Positions 27,989 through 37,913 of a DNA stretch of 64,000 bases are shown here, piece by piece. A program made the translations under genes and the position numbers. The stretch is from Candidatus Poriferihabitaceae bacterium (GTDB lineage Bacteria > Pseudomonadota > Gammaproteobacteria > Arenicellales > Poriferihabitantaceae). A model generated the notes under the pieces. It saw nothing but the letters and a program-made list of their open reading frames with translations. It was not told the DNA's origin and did no database searches. The first letter of the stretch is position 1. Each line of letters begins with the position of its first letter. Location: positions 2,633,019 to 2,697,018 of the forward strand of contig OZ251537.1 in NCBI GenBank assembly GCA_965243285.1, read 5' to 3'.

Positions 27989-29299
27989 ATGACTGACATT
28001 AAAAGGGTCGCCGTACTCGGCGCCGGCACCATGGGCACCGGCATCGCCGCGGCCTGCGCCAACGCCGATTGCGAAGTATTGTTGCTGGACTTAGAAAAAA
28101 GCGCGGCCGACGCGGCCCGAGAAAAACTCAGCGGCGGGCGCGCCCCGCTCATCCAAAACGCCGCCACGCTGGATAAAATCAGCACCGGATCATTCGCCGA
28201 CGACCTCGGCAAAATCGCCGACTATGATTGGATTTGCGAGGCCATCGTCGAAAACCTCGCCATCAAGCGCGACATGTTCGCCCAAGTCGAAGCACTGCGC
28301 GCCGATGGCTCGCTGGTTACCACCAACACCTCCGGCATCCCGCTCAAAGACATCAGCGCCGACATGCCGGCGCGCTTGCAGCGCGACATCGCCGTCACCC
28401 ACTTTTTCAATCCGGTGCATGTGATGAAGCTCGTCGAACTAGTGCCCGGCGAACAAACTACCCCGCAAACCATCACCACCGTGGCGGATTTTCTCGGCGC
28501 GCGTTTGGGCAAAGGCGTGGTGCACGCCAAAGACACGGTGAATTTTATCGGCAACCGCATCGGCTGTATGTGGATGCTCGCCGGCCTGCATTTGGCCGAA
28601 AAAGCCATGCGCGAGGCCGGCTTGAACATCGAAACCGTGGATGCATTAACCTCGGCGCCGCTCGGGCTGCCGGCCACTGGGCTGTATGGCTTAATCGACT
28701 TAATCGGCCTCGATGTCATGCGCAATGTGGGCAAAAACCTCGCCGCCAACCTGCCGGCAACGGATGCCGGCCGGCCATACACCGCCTTCACCGAGCAAGT
28801 GCAACGCATGCATGATCGCGGTCAGCTCGGGCGCAAAAGCGGCGGCGGTTTCTACCAACTCACCCGCCACGATGACGGCCGCAAGAGCATGGCGGTTTTC
28901 GACCTCATTAGCGATGCTTGGCGTCCGGCGGTGACCGTGGAACTGCGTGGCGACCAGCAAACTTTGCCGGATTTATTCGCCAGCGACAGCGCCTGCGGTC
29001 GTTTTGTGCGCGATTTGGTCACCACCACGCTGTGCTATGCCGCCGATTTGGTGCCGGAAATTTCCGACGACATCGTCAACATCGACCGCGCCATGCGCTG
29101 GGGTTTCAACTGGCAACGCGGCCCCTTTGAAATGATAGACCAGCTCGGCGCCGACAAACTCATCGCAGCGCTGGGCGAATCTTCGGCAAAATTGCCGAAA
29201 ATGCTGCAAGTTTTGGCCAGCAGCGGCGAAAAAAGTTTTTATCGTAACGCTGGGCGGGAGTATTTGGGTATGGACGGGCGCTGGCGACAGAGCGATTGA
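27989..29299 (+). CDS. 3-hydroxyacyl-CoA dehydrogenase family protein
   Basis: VAVLGAGTMGTGIAAACA NAD fold, HFFNPV motif, C-terminal HCDH dimerisation region. Confidence 0.85.
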   Translation: MTDIKRVAVLGAGTMGTGIAAACANADCEVLLLDLEKSAADAAREKLSGGRAPLIQNAATLDKISTGSFADDLGKIADYDWICEAIVENLAIKRDMFAQVEALRADGSLVTTNTSGIPLKDISADMPARLQRDIAVTHFFNPVHVMKLVELVPGEQTTPQTITTVADFLGARLGKGVVHAKDTVNFIGNRIGCMWMLAGLHLAEKAMREAGLNIETVDALTSAPLGLPATGLYGLIDLIGLDVMRNVGKNLAANLPATDAGRPYTAFTEQVQRMHDRGQLGRKSGGGFYQLTRHDDGRKSMAVFDLISDAWRPAVTVELRGDQQTLPDLFASDSACGRFVRDLVTTTLCYAADLVPEISDDIVNIDRAMRWGFNWQRGPFEMIDQLGADKLIAALGESSAKLPKMLQVLASSGEKSFYRNAGREYLGMDGRWRQSD

Positions 29300-29391
29300 T
29301 ACGCGCGTAAATCAGCGTGATAAAACGGCGCTTCCGCCGCGAAATTTCGCTACTTTCACCCTTAACCGTACGCCCAAAATCCAGCGCCAAC

Positions 29392-30153
29392 ATGCAAACC
29401 CACTACCGCCACCATCCCCCCGCTGAACCGCTGGAAACCATCGGCCCCAATGGCCGCATCGGCTTGGTAGCACTGGCCACCGATGTCAACAGCGAGACCG
29501 ATTTGCGGCGGATGGCACCGCGCGGCGTGGAAATATTCACCAACCGGGTCGCCAATCGCAACCCCACCACGGTGGAAAACTTGCAAGCCATGGCGCCGGA
29601 CATCAGCCGCGCCGCCGCTGGCATTTTGCCGGGCGATAGAATCGATATCCTCATCTACGCTTGTACTTCCGGCACCGCGGTCATCGGCGAAGCCGAGGTT
29701 ATCCGGAGATTGCAAGCGGCGCGCGACCGCGGCGATATCCCTTGCACCACGCCGGTCACCTCGGCGCTGGCGGCGTTTTCGTGTTTTTCGGCGCGACGCA
29801 TCTCGATTCTCACGCCGTATATCGAGTCGGTCAATCGGCGGCTGGTGGAATTTTTCGCAACTCGCGGGGTTGCGACCTTAAATATCCATGGCTTCGGCAT
29901 CGAAAGCGATGCCGACATGACCGGCATCAGCCATCGCTCGATTGTGACGGCGGCGCGCCACGCCTGCCACGCCGACGCCGATGCGCTGTTTATTTCATGC
30001 ACCGCATTGCGCTCGGCGCAAGTGGTCGCGCAAATCGAGGCTGCCATCGAAAAACCGGTCATCACCAGCAATCAGGCGCTCGTGTGGCATGCCCTGAAAT
30101 TGCTGCAACGCCCTTTTGCGGTGCACGGATTCGGGCGCTTGTTCGAGCATTAA
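29392..30153 (+). CDS. Asp/Glu/hydantoin racemase-superfamily protein (maleate isomerase / EutA-like)
   Basis: Two catalytic-Cys segments IYACTSGT and FISCTALR plus PVITSNQALVWHAL, as in the maleate isomerase / EutA group. Confidence 0.7.
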   Translation: MQTHYRHHPPAEPLETIGPNGRIGLVALATDVNSETDLRRMAPRGVEIFTNRVANRNPTTVENLQAMAPDISRAAAGILPGDRIDILIYACTSGTAVIGEAEVIRRLQAARDRGDIPCTTPVTSALAAFSCFSARRISILTPYIESVNRRLVEFFATRGVATLNIHGFGIESDADMTGISHRSIVTAARHACHADADALFISCTALRSAQVVAQIEAAIEKPVITSNQALVWHALKLLQRPFAVHGFGRLFEH

Positions 30154-30223
30154 TTTGCTGGCGCTTGACGAGAATCACCGCGATGCCGCAACCACCGGCA
30201 CGCTTCGGCGCAAAAAAACCCGC

Positions 30224-31255
30224 CTACACCGCCCTACCCTTCACCGCCAGCCCTTGTTTGACGATGGTGTGGTTCAGCAAACTGGCGCATGCATAGATGG
30301 CGCGCAGCATGGGCGTGGCGGTGGCGGTCAGCTCGGCGAGTTCGATAACCGCGCCCAATATGGCGTTGATTTCCAACGGTTTGCCGGCCTCGACATCCTG
30401 CAGCATGGAGGTTTTGTGGCGGCCGACTTGCTCGGCGCCGGCGATGCGGCGTTCAATGGATACGCGAAAATCCACCCCCAATTTTTCCGCCACCTGACTC
30501 GCCTCGCGCATCATGTCGGCCGCCAATTGTCGCGACAACGGAAATTGGCAGATGCCCTCCAAGGTGGCGTGAGTCAAGGCGCTGATGGGGTTGAAGCATG
30601 AATTTCCCAGCGCTTTGAGCCAAATTTCGGCGCGAATATCCGCCAGCACCGGCGCTTTGAAGCCGGCCTCGATGAACATGCGCGCCACGCGATTGACGCG
30701 CCGCGAATCGCTGCCATCGAGTTCGCCCAGCGGGAAACGCATGCCTTCGAGGTGGTGAATCACGCCCGGTTCTTTGATTACCGCCGCCGGGTACGCCACG
30801 CAGCCGAGCAGCCGCTTCGCGTCCATGGCGCGCCCCAGCACGCCGCCGGGGTCCACCGACTGCAGTACATGGTCGGCGTATTTATGGCCGGGCTGCGCTT
30901 CGTTCCAGCGCTGAAAGTACCACCACGGAATGCCGTTTTGGAAAGTCACCAGCACGCTGCTAGCGCCAAATAGCGCTGGCAGTTGATCGAGAATCCCCAC
31001 AATCTGGTGGGATTTCAGCGCCATCAGCACCACATCTTGCGCCCCCAATGCGGCGAAATTATCGGTGGCGGTTACATTTTTGACCACTGAATCGCTCGCC
31101 TCGCCCGCCATGCGCGAACTCACCCGCAAACCGCGCGCTTGAATGGCGGCAAGGTGGGGCCCGCGCGCAATCAACGATACCTGATGCCCGGCCGCCGCCA
31201 AACGCGCCCCTAACAAACCGCCGATGGCGCCGGCGCCGACCACGCATACTTTCAT
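30224..31255 (-). CDS. 2-dehydropantoate 2-reductase family oxidoreductase
   Basis: MKVCVVGAGAIGGLLGARLA N-terminus and a ketopantoate-reductase-like C-terminal domain. Confidence 0.8.
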   Translation of the reverse strand: MKVCVVGAGAIGGLLGARLAAAGHQVSLIARGPHLAAIQARGLRVSSRMAGEASDSVVKNVTATDNFAALGAQDVVLMALKSHQIVGILDQLPALFGASSVLVTFQNGIPWWYFQRWNEAQPGHKYADHVLQSVDPGGVLGRAMDAKRLLGCVAYPAAVIKEPGVIHHLEGMRFPLGELDGSDSRRVNRVARMFIEAGFKAPVLADIRAEIWLKALGNSCFNPISALTHATLEGICQFPLSRQLAADMMREASQVAEKLGVDFRVSIERRIAGAEQVGRHKTSMLQDVEAGKPLEINAILGAVIELAELTATATPMLRAIYACASLLNHTIVKQGLAVKGRAV

Positions 31256-31281
31256 GTCCGATAAGCCGGGTCAGCCGGGCA

Positions 31282-32949
31282 TCAAAAAAGCCCGTCCACT
31301 TCGCCCTTGGCGTTTAAGCGAATGTTGTTGGCGGCCGGCGTTCGCGGCAAACCGGGCATGGTCATAATATCGCCGCACACCACCACCACAAACCCGGCCC
31401 CGGCCGACAGCCGCACTTCTCGAATCGGCAACACATGCCCGTTGGGGGCGCCCTTCAAACTGGGGTCGGTGGAAAAACTATACTGGGTTTTGGCGATGCA
31501 AACCGGCAAGTGGCCGAAGCCGTCGTTCTGTAAATCCATGATTTGATTGCGGATTTTCTGGTCGGCGATGATGTCATCGGCGCGGTACAGCTTGGTTGCC
31601 ACGGTTTTAATTTTGTCCCAAATGGGCATGTCGTCCGGATAGAGCACCCGGAAATCACCCTCGCCGCGCTCCACCACGCTGACCACCTGGCGTGCCAAAT
31701 CCACCGCCCCGGCGCCGCCATCGCTCCAATGGCTGGCATCGATGGCGTCCACGCCGTACACCCTGGCTGCCTCGCGAACCGCCGCGATTTCCGCGTCCGA
31801 ATCGGCGCTGAAACGATTGATGGCCACCACCACCGGCAAGCCGAAGGCCTTGATGTTGTCGATGTGGCGCGCCAAATTGACGCATCCATCAGCCACCGCA
31901 TGGGCGTTTTCCTGCGCTAGATTTTGCTTAGCCACGCCGCCATGCATTTTCAGCGCCCGCACCGTGGCCACTAACACCACCGCATCCGGCGCCAGGCCGG
32001 CGCTGCGGCATTTAATGTTAAAGAATTTTTCGGCCCCCAAGTCGGCGCCAAAACCGGCCTCGGTGACCACATAGTCGGCTAGTTTTAAGGCCGCGCGCGT
32101 GGCGATGACCGAATTGCAGCCGTGCGCGATGTTGGCAAACGGGCCGCCGTGGATGAAGGCCGGGTTATGCTCCAAAGTCTGCACCAAATTCGGCGCGATG
32201 GCGTCTTTCAGCAATACCGTCATCGGCCCCGGCGCCAACACCGCATCGGCGCGCACCGGTTTGCGGTCGCGGGTGTAGCCGATGACCACGCGGCTCAAGC
32301 GCTTGAGCAAATCATCGGCATCGCGCGCCAGGCAAAAAATCGCCATTACCTCGGAAGCCACGGTGATGTCGAAGCCGTCCTCGCGCGGATAGCCGTTAGC
32401 AACGCCGCCGAGGGAGCTGGTAATTTGCCGCAATGAGCGATCATTCATATCCACCACCCGCCGCCAAGCCACGCGACGGGTGTCGATGGCGGCCTCGTTG
32501 CCCCAATAAATGTGGTTATCGAGCAACGCCGATAACAAATTATGCGCCGCGGTAATGGCGTGAAAATCCCCGGTGAAATGCAGGTTGATGTCCTCCATGG
32601 GAATCACTTGCGCATAACCGCCGCCAGCGGCGCCGCCCTTCATGCCAAAACAAGGTCCGAGGGACGGTTCGCGCAAGCACACCATGGTTTTTTTGCCGAT
32701 TTTGCACAAGCCATCGGTCAGCCCCACCGAGGTGGTGGTCTTGCCCTCCCCGGCCGGCGTCGGGGTGATCGCGGTCACTAAAATCAACTTGCCGTCCGGG
32801 CGCTGGGCGAGGGAATCGATAAAGTCCAGCCCGACTTTGGCTTTGGTATGCCCAAAGGGCACCAGGGCATGGGGAGGGATGTCCAGTTTGGCGGCGATTT
32901 CCGAGATCGGTTTTATCGGCGCGCGTTGCGCGATGACGATATCTGACAT
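31282..32949 (-). CDS. fhs: formate--tetrahydrofolate ligase
   Basis: [24 protein letters not shown]-loop, [19 protein letters not shown], full-length FTHFS. ATG at 32949 preferred. Confidence 0.95.
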   Translation of the reverse strand: MSDIVIAQRAPIKPISEIAAKLDIPPHALVPFGHTKAKVGLDFIDSLAQRPDGKLILVTAITPTPAGEGKTTTSVGLTDGLCKIGKKTMVCLREPSLGPCFGMKGGAAGGGYAQVIPMEDINLHFTGDFHAITAAHNLLSALLDNHIYWGNEAAIDTRRVAWRRVVDMNDRSLRQITSSLGGVANGYPREDGFDITVASEVMAIFCLARDADDLLKRLSRVVIGYTRDRKPVRADAVLAPGPMTVLLKDAIAPNLVQTLEHNPAFIHGGPFANIAHGCNSVIATRAALKLADYVVTEAGFGADLGAEKFFNIKCRSAGLAPDAVVLVATVRALKMHGGVAKQNLAQENAHAVADGCVNLARHIDNIKAFGLPVVVAINRFSADSDAEIAAVREAARVYGVDAIDASHWSDGGAGAVDLARQVVSVVERGEGDFRVLYPDDMPIWDKIKTVATKLYRADDIIADQKIRNQIMDLQNDGFGHLPVCIAKTQYSFSTDPSLKGAPNGHVLPIREVRLSAGAGFVVVVCGDIMTMPGLPRTPAANNIRLNAKGEVDGLF

Positions 32950-33410
32950 GGTTGGTTGCGTTGGTGGGTGGGTGGCGTGATCTCGCAAAAAGCGACATAC
33001 ATGTTGGCTAGGGGTTATCCGAATGCGGAAGATAATGTTTGGATGCAAGCGCAAACGGCGGCGCTTAAAACGATGCCGAGGCCATCGAATTCGCTGCTTG
33101 ATATTCCACCTAGGCGCATCGGCTGGGGCGTGACCGGGGCTACAGCGCGCGCATGCGCATCATAGGTTGGCTAGGGGAACAACGCCGCCGGCTAGATATA
33201 AGCGAAACGGGGATTTTTCGCTCGACCAAAAGTAGGCGCGACAAAAATCGGCGCGCGTCGATGGGTTGAGGCGGCCACTGGAATCATCGCCCATCAGCGG
33301 ACGATGTCGCGCGCAAAAAACCGCGCCTTGGATGATGTTCCGTAATGTTCATTCCACCGCAACATGGCTGCCGAAGCAGTGGATTTTTAGGAGAAACGAT
33401 GGGCCGGGTT

Positions 33411-33719
33411 TTATCGGCCGCCGCCCATGCATGGCGGGGAATTCGGCGCCACGCCACCGCGGACGCGCCACTCCGAAGCCGTCATAAGGTGCATGGCCAA
33501 GGCGTGCACTTTTCCCGCCACTTTCGGCGTCAGAATCTCATTCACCATGCGATGCCGCTCCAACCCCCTCTTGCCCTCGAATTGCGCCGACACAATGGTG
33601 ATTTTGAAATGCGTTTCCGAGTTCGGCAACACATGGTGGCGGGCGCTTTCGTTTTCCACGCACAGGTAGTGCGGGAGCAGAACCGCCAGCTCGGTTTCAA
33701 TGAGGTTTTGCATGATCAT
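33411..33719 (-). CDS. BolA-family protein
   Basis: SETHFKITIVSAQFEGKRGLERHRMVNEIL and HALAMHLMTASEW are BolA hallmarks. Confidence 0.85.
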   Translation of the reverse strand: MIMQNLIETELAVLLPHYLCVENESARHHVLPNSETHFKITIVSAQFEGKRGLERHRMVNEILTPKVAGKVHALAMHLMTASEWRVRGGVAPNSPPCMGGGR

Positions 33720-33850
33720 CGGGCGATTATACAGCCAATAACGCGGCCGGGGGCGATGGTACTCGATGAACTTCCCGGCCTCGGCGCCATTCGAAAACTG
33801 CCATAATCGATAGCCATTTCAAGCATGCGGAGAGCCCCGCGGAGATCACT

Positions 33851-34228
33851 ATGGACCAACAACGATTCGAACTCGGCCTGGCCCGGCGCAAAGCCACGCT
33901 GGGCACCGACTATGTGGAAAAAAATCTCGCCGCGGCGGATGATTTCACCCGCCCATTCCAAGAAATGATGACCGAATGGTGCTGGGGTTTCGGTTGGGGG
34001 GATGATTGCATAGACGCGAAAACGCGCTCGATGATGAATTTGACCATGCTCGGCGCCCTCGGCAAAATGCATGAGTGGGAAATCCATTGTCGCGGCGCCA
34101 TCGGCAACGGCGTCACCAAAACGCAACTTCGCGCCATCATCCACGCGATCGCCATTTATTGCGGCGTGCCGCAAGCGTTGGAATGTTTTCGCGTCGCCCG
34201 CAAGGTGATGGAGGAAGTCGAAAAATAG
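33851..34228 (+). CDS. carboxymuconolactone decarboxylase (CMD/AhpD-like) family protein
   Basis: DAKTRSMMNLTMLGALGKMHEWEIHCRGAIGNGVTKTQLRAIIHAIAIYCGVPQA matches the CMD family. Confidence 0.8.
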   Translation: MDQQRFELGLARRKATLGTDYVEKNLAAADDFTRPFQEMMTEWCWGFGWGDDCIDAKTRSMMNLTMLGALGKMHEWEIHCRGAIGNGVTKTQLRAIIHAIAIYCGVPQALECFRVARKVMEEVEK

Positions 34229-34259
34229 CCAGCGCATGCCGACTCCCTAAAATCATGCA

Positions 34260-34925
34260 TTAAAGCGCGTCGCCGCTAAATGATTTGAGATGACTCAAGA
34301 CCGCTTCCACCATGGTCTCGCTGGCGGTGGATTCCACCGCTAACAACATACCTTTTTTTTTATAGAGATCGATCAACGGCGCGGTTTTTTCGTTGTAGGT
34401 TTCCAAGCGCTGGCTGATCGCCGCCTCGGTTTCGTCCGCGCGCTGCGCCACTGTGCCGCCGCAATGGTCGCAGATTCCATCCACCGCCGTCGGCTTGCTC
34501 TCGATATTGTAGATTTCTTGGCAGGCTGGGTTTTCGCAAGTGCGGCGGGTGGTCAAACGCTTGAGCAGAACCTCCCGCGGCGCTTCGATGTTTACCACGC
34601 CATCGAGGGCGATGCGCAGTTCGGCGAGCAAGCGTTCCAGCGCCGCCGCTTGGGGGAGGGTGCGCGGAAAACCATCCAACAAAAAACCTTGCGCGCAATC
34701 TGGTTGCTGCAGCCGCTGCGCCATCATCTTCATGATCAAGGCATCCGGCGCCAACTCGCCGCGGCGCATGTAGTCTTGCGCTTGGCGCCCCAAATCGTTG
34801 CCGGCATCCACCGCGCCGCGCAGAATGTCTCCAGTGGAAATCTGCACCGCGCCGTCGATGACGGACAACAATTTGGCGAGCGTGCCTTTGCCCGCGCCTG
34901 GGGCACCCAACAGAATCAGTTTCAT
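34260..34925 (-). CDS. adk: adenylate kinase
   Basis: MKLILLGAPGAGKGT P-loop and a Cys-containing LID (CENPAC...CDHCGG). Confidence 0.95.
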   Translation of the reverse strand: MKLILLGAPGAGKGTLAKLLSVIDGAVQISTGDILRGAVDAGNDLGRQAQDYMRRGELAPDALIMKMMAQRLQQPDCAQGFLLDGFPRTLPQAAALERLLAELRIALDGVVNIEAPREVLLKRLTTRRTCENPACQEIYNIESKPTAVDGICDHCGGTVAQRADETEAAISQRLETYNEKTAPLIDLYKKKGMLLAVESTASETMVEAVLSHLKSFSGDAL

Positions 34926-35109
34926 CGATGAATTTTGCCTGTTTAATACTACTTACTGGCTACTGCTTGTTTATTAAAAATGCCGCATGTTTAATGCCGC
35001 TTACATATTGCATATTGCTTGCTTAATTTCATCGCGGGAAGCGGGAAAATTGCGCGTCGATGGTGCGCGGTCATCGACGCGCCGACGCGCCTACTTTCGG
35101 CGCCTATGG

Positions 35110-35439
35110 CTAGTCATCAGCGCGGCTGAAACCATAGTCTTTTTCCACCCGGCCGATTCGCACCTGGAATTTTCGATACCATATTTCTCGACCTTTTTGC
35201 TGCGCGGCCAAGTGCTCGGTGTTTTTTTTCCACGCCGCTATGGAATCCAAATCAGCCCAATAGGACACGGTGATGCCAATCTGCGCGCGCGCCGTTTCCA
35301 CGCCTAAAAAACCAGGCTGCTGGGCCGCCAATTCCACCATCCGCGCCGCCATGTCGGCGTAACCACCATCGCCGCCGGCGCCTCGCATGGAGGTGAAAAC
35401 CACCATGTAATACGGCGGCGGCGGCGTTTCTGCGAGCAT
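35110..35439 (-). CDS. antibiotic biosynthesis monooxygenase (ABM) domain protein
   Basis: Ferredoxin-like about 100 aa with YYMVVFTS...GFLGVE...SYWADLDSIAAWK, typical of the ABM/DUF fold. Confidence 0.65.
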   Translation of the reverse strand: MLAETPPPPYYMVVFTSMRGAGGDGGYADMAARMVELAAQQPGFLGVETARAQIGITVSYWADLDSIAAWKKNTEHLAAQQKGREIWYRKFQVRIGRVEKDYGFSRADD

Positions 35440-35454
35440 GTCGGCGGCGAATTT

Positions 35455-35763
35455 TTATTGCTCGGTGGATTGGGTGTTGTCGGCGTTGCCCTCGGTCGCC
35501 AGCTCGGCTTCGGTGGCTTCGGTGGCTTCGGTGGCTTCGGTCGATGCAGTTGTTTGGCGGGCAAAATCGTCGATTCTCGGCCCCAGTGCATTAGGAATCG
35601 ACACCGATGCTGGCAAAATCACCGGCACTCGTATCATGTCTGACATCTGCGCGCTGGCGGTCGCTGTCCAACCGGCCATGGCCAATAAAACGACAGCCAC
35701 CGTGCTGGTGCGCATTAAGTACGAGGATAATTCGGCGAGAGGTTGTTTGCATGCGTTTTTCAT
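35455..35763 (-). CDS. small secreted hypothetical protein with TEA repeats
   Basis: Signal peptide VAVVLLAMAGWTATASA. C-terminal TEATEATEATEAE is encoded by a 9-bp tandem repeat. No known motif. Confidence 0.35.
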   Translation of the reverse strand: MKNACKQPLAELSSYLMRTSTVAVVLLAMAGWTATASAQMSDMIRVPVILPASVSIPNALGPRIDDFARQTTASTEATEATEATEAELATEGNADNTQSTEQ

Positions 35764-35921
35764 CGAGATTGCCTCGTGGAAGTTAGGAGGGGAAATAACC
35801 ATATCATGCCGCAAAAAACACCACAGATTAATACTTTTATGAATTTACGCTATGTGCGTTATCCATTGGTTTTATGCATGCGGCGTGGCGAGCTCATGCC
35901 TTCGCGCTGCGCGTTTGGACA

Positions 35922-37913
35922 TCACTCAAGGCCGAGTTTGGCTTTGCGCTGTTTGCTCCAGGCGCTGATGATGCGGTCGGCGATGATGCCGAGGAAAGCA
36001 ATACTCAAGCCGGCCACCAAGGCGCGGCCGGTTTTATTGCCGGTGCGGGCGCGATTGATTTCCGCGCCCAAATCTTGCGTGCCGATGAGCGCGGTTATCG
36101 CGACCATAAATAACGCCATGAAAATAACTTGATTGATGCCTAACATGATCTCCGGCGTGGCGATGGGCAAATCCACCTTGATGAGCCGCTGCCAAGGCGA
36201 TGCGCCTTGTTGAATCGCGGCTTCGCGGGTTTGGAAGGGCACATTGCGAAAGCCTAGGTTGGTATAGCGAATCATCGGCACCAAGGCAAAAGCCAACACC
36301 GCGATAATCGCCGATATGTCGCTGACTTTGAATAGCATGATGACCGGAATCAAATAGATGAACGACGGAAAAGTCTGGAAAAAATCGCACATCAAAATAA
36401 TCGCCTTCGATAGGCGTTCATTTTTCGCGGCCGCCAAACCGATGGGAAAGCCGAACACGATACACACCACCGCCGCGGTGCCGATCATATAAATGGTAAT
36501 CATGGTCTCCTTCCACAGCCCCATCACCAACGGAAAGGACATCAACGAGCCCACCAACAGCGCCAGCCGCCAGCCGCCCATGCGATACCCTAATAACGCG
36601 ATCAAGGCGATAAAAGTTGGCCATGGAATACTCAGAAAAAACTTTTTTATCGGCACCAGAATATCGATTAGCACAAAATTTCGAAACCCTTGCACCGAGT
36701 CATAGAAGTTGACCAGCGTCCATTCGATGCCCGCATCCCACATCGGCGCCGTGGTGATGGTCAACTCCTTCGGCAACACGCGCAGCGCCGGCACAAAATA
36801 GGCGATGAATATGGATGCGGCGGCAAACAACAAGGCGCACGCCAAATGGCGGTGCCGCCGTCGCCACGGCAAGGATTTGTCCACATAAATGGGCGGCTTG
36901 TGCGCATAGGCTTGGCTCAATCTATCCAACGCCACCGCAATCACCACGATGGCGACGCCTTGCTCCAGCGCTTGGCCCAATCTAAGCGTTTGCAACGAGG
37001 TCAATAGTTTACTGCCCAGGCCCGAGGCGCCGATTAGCGATGCCAGCACGATCATCGCCAAGGTCTGCATGATGCCTTGATTGAGCCCTACCAATACGGT
37101 CTGGCGGGCGGTGGGCACTTTCACTTTCCACAACATTTGCCAGGCCGTGCAGCCGGTCATTTCGCCGCACTCGAGCACTTCCGCCGGCACGGTTTTAATC
37201 CCCAAGGCCACGCAACGCGCCACTGGCGGCACCGCAAACACCGCCACCGCTAACATGGCCGGCACATCGCCGATGCCGAACAGCACCACGATGGGCACCA
37301 TGTAGGCGAATGGCGGCATGGCCTGCATGAGATCGAACAGCGGGGTGATGGTTTTTTCCGCGCGCGCGCTTTTCGCCACCCAGATGCCTAACGCCAGCCC
37401 GATGGTGAATACGAGCGGCACCGCCACTAACACTAGCGCAAAAGTGTTCATGGCAGGCTGCCATACGCTGAACAGAGCAAGATACAAAAAAGCGCCGCCG
37501 ACGATGGCGGAAATACGCCAGCCGGCCACCCAATGCCCGAGGATGAACATCAAACCGACCACGGTGACCCACGGCAATGGCGCCACGCCGATTTGGAAAC
37601 CGTTGAAAAACACGCCCTCGGTGAAGGCCGACTGATATTCCAGTATTTTGATCATGCCGCGGGTCACATCCGTGGGCACGAACGCGTAGTCGGTTCCTTG
37701 AAAAAACTTGAGGTCGTACACCAACCATTCGAAAAAGTCGGTGATCCAATTTTTTAGGGGGATCACCCATTTTTTCGGATACTTAGCGACCCATGCGAGT
37801 TCGCCCTTCGCCAGCCACCCGGCGATGATGATGGCGGCGGCGAGACCGACATGCGTCAGCGCCCGCCGCCGGCCCGGCGCCGAATCATGCGCGTGGCGTT
37901 GCGGCGGCATCAC
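35922..37913 (-). CDS. glycine betaine/proline-type ABC transporter permease, tandem-fused (two permease domains)
   Basis: Two BPD-type permease cores (…PPVARCVALGIKTVPAEVLECGEMTG… and …VPMIRYTNLGFRNVPFQTREAAIQQGAS…) in one 663-aa ORF. 4-nt overlap with the ATPase gene. Confidence 0.85.
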   Translation of the reverse strand: MMPPQRHAHDSAPGRRRALTHVGLAAAIIIAGWLAKGELAWVAKYPKKWVIPLKNWITDFFEWLVYDLKFFQGTDYAFVPTDVTRGMIKILEYQSAFTEGVFFNGFQIGVAPLPWVTVVGLMFILGHWVAGWRISAIVGGAFLYLALFSVWQPAMNTFALVLVAVPLVFTIGLALGIWVAKSARAEKTITPLFDLMQAMPPFAYMVPIVVLFGIGDVPAMLAVAVFAVPPVARCVALGIKTVPAEVLECGEMTGCTAWQMLWKVKVPTARQTVLVGLNQGIMQTLAMIVLASLIGASGLGSKLLTSLQTLRLGQALEQGVAIVVIAVALDRLSQAYAHKPPIYVDKSLPWRRRHRHLACALLFAAASIFIAYFVPALRVLPKELTITTAPMWDAGIEWTLVNFYDSVQGFRNFVLIDILVPIKKFFLSIPWPTFIALIALLGYRMGGWRLALLVGSLMSFPLVMGLWKETMITIYMIGTAAVVCIVFGFPIGLAAAKNERLSKAIILMCDFFQTFPSFIYLIPVIMLFKVSDISAIIAVLAFALVPMIRYTNLGFRNVPFQTREAAIQQGASPWQRLIKVDLPIATPEIMLGINQVIFMALFMVAITALIGTQDLGAEINRARTGNKTGRALVAGLSIAFLGIIADRIISAWSKQRKAKLGLE

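Noticed and set aside
32950-33410. A 460-nt leader between bolA and fhs, as a candidate ZTP (pfl) or THF riboswitch, since fhs is a known ZTP-riboswitch target.
   Set aside because: Reading the minus strand, I could not find the conserved ZTP cores (GACUGGCG ... CCGCCUGGGC) or anything I could confidently align to THF riboswitches. Only a repeated GTTGGCTAGGGG (33003 and 33166) was seen. A covariance-model scan (Rfam/Infernal) would be needed to settle this.
35052-35082. 11-bp perfect hairpin GCGCGTCGATG-N9-CATCGACGCGC downstream of the ABM-domain gene, as a terminator.
   Set aside because: The sequence after the hairpin on the minus strand (AATTTTCCC) is only a weak U tract. This is plausible but not strong enough to list as a feature.
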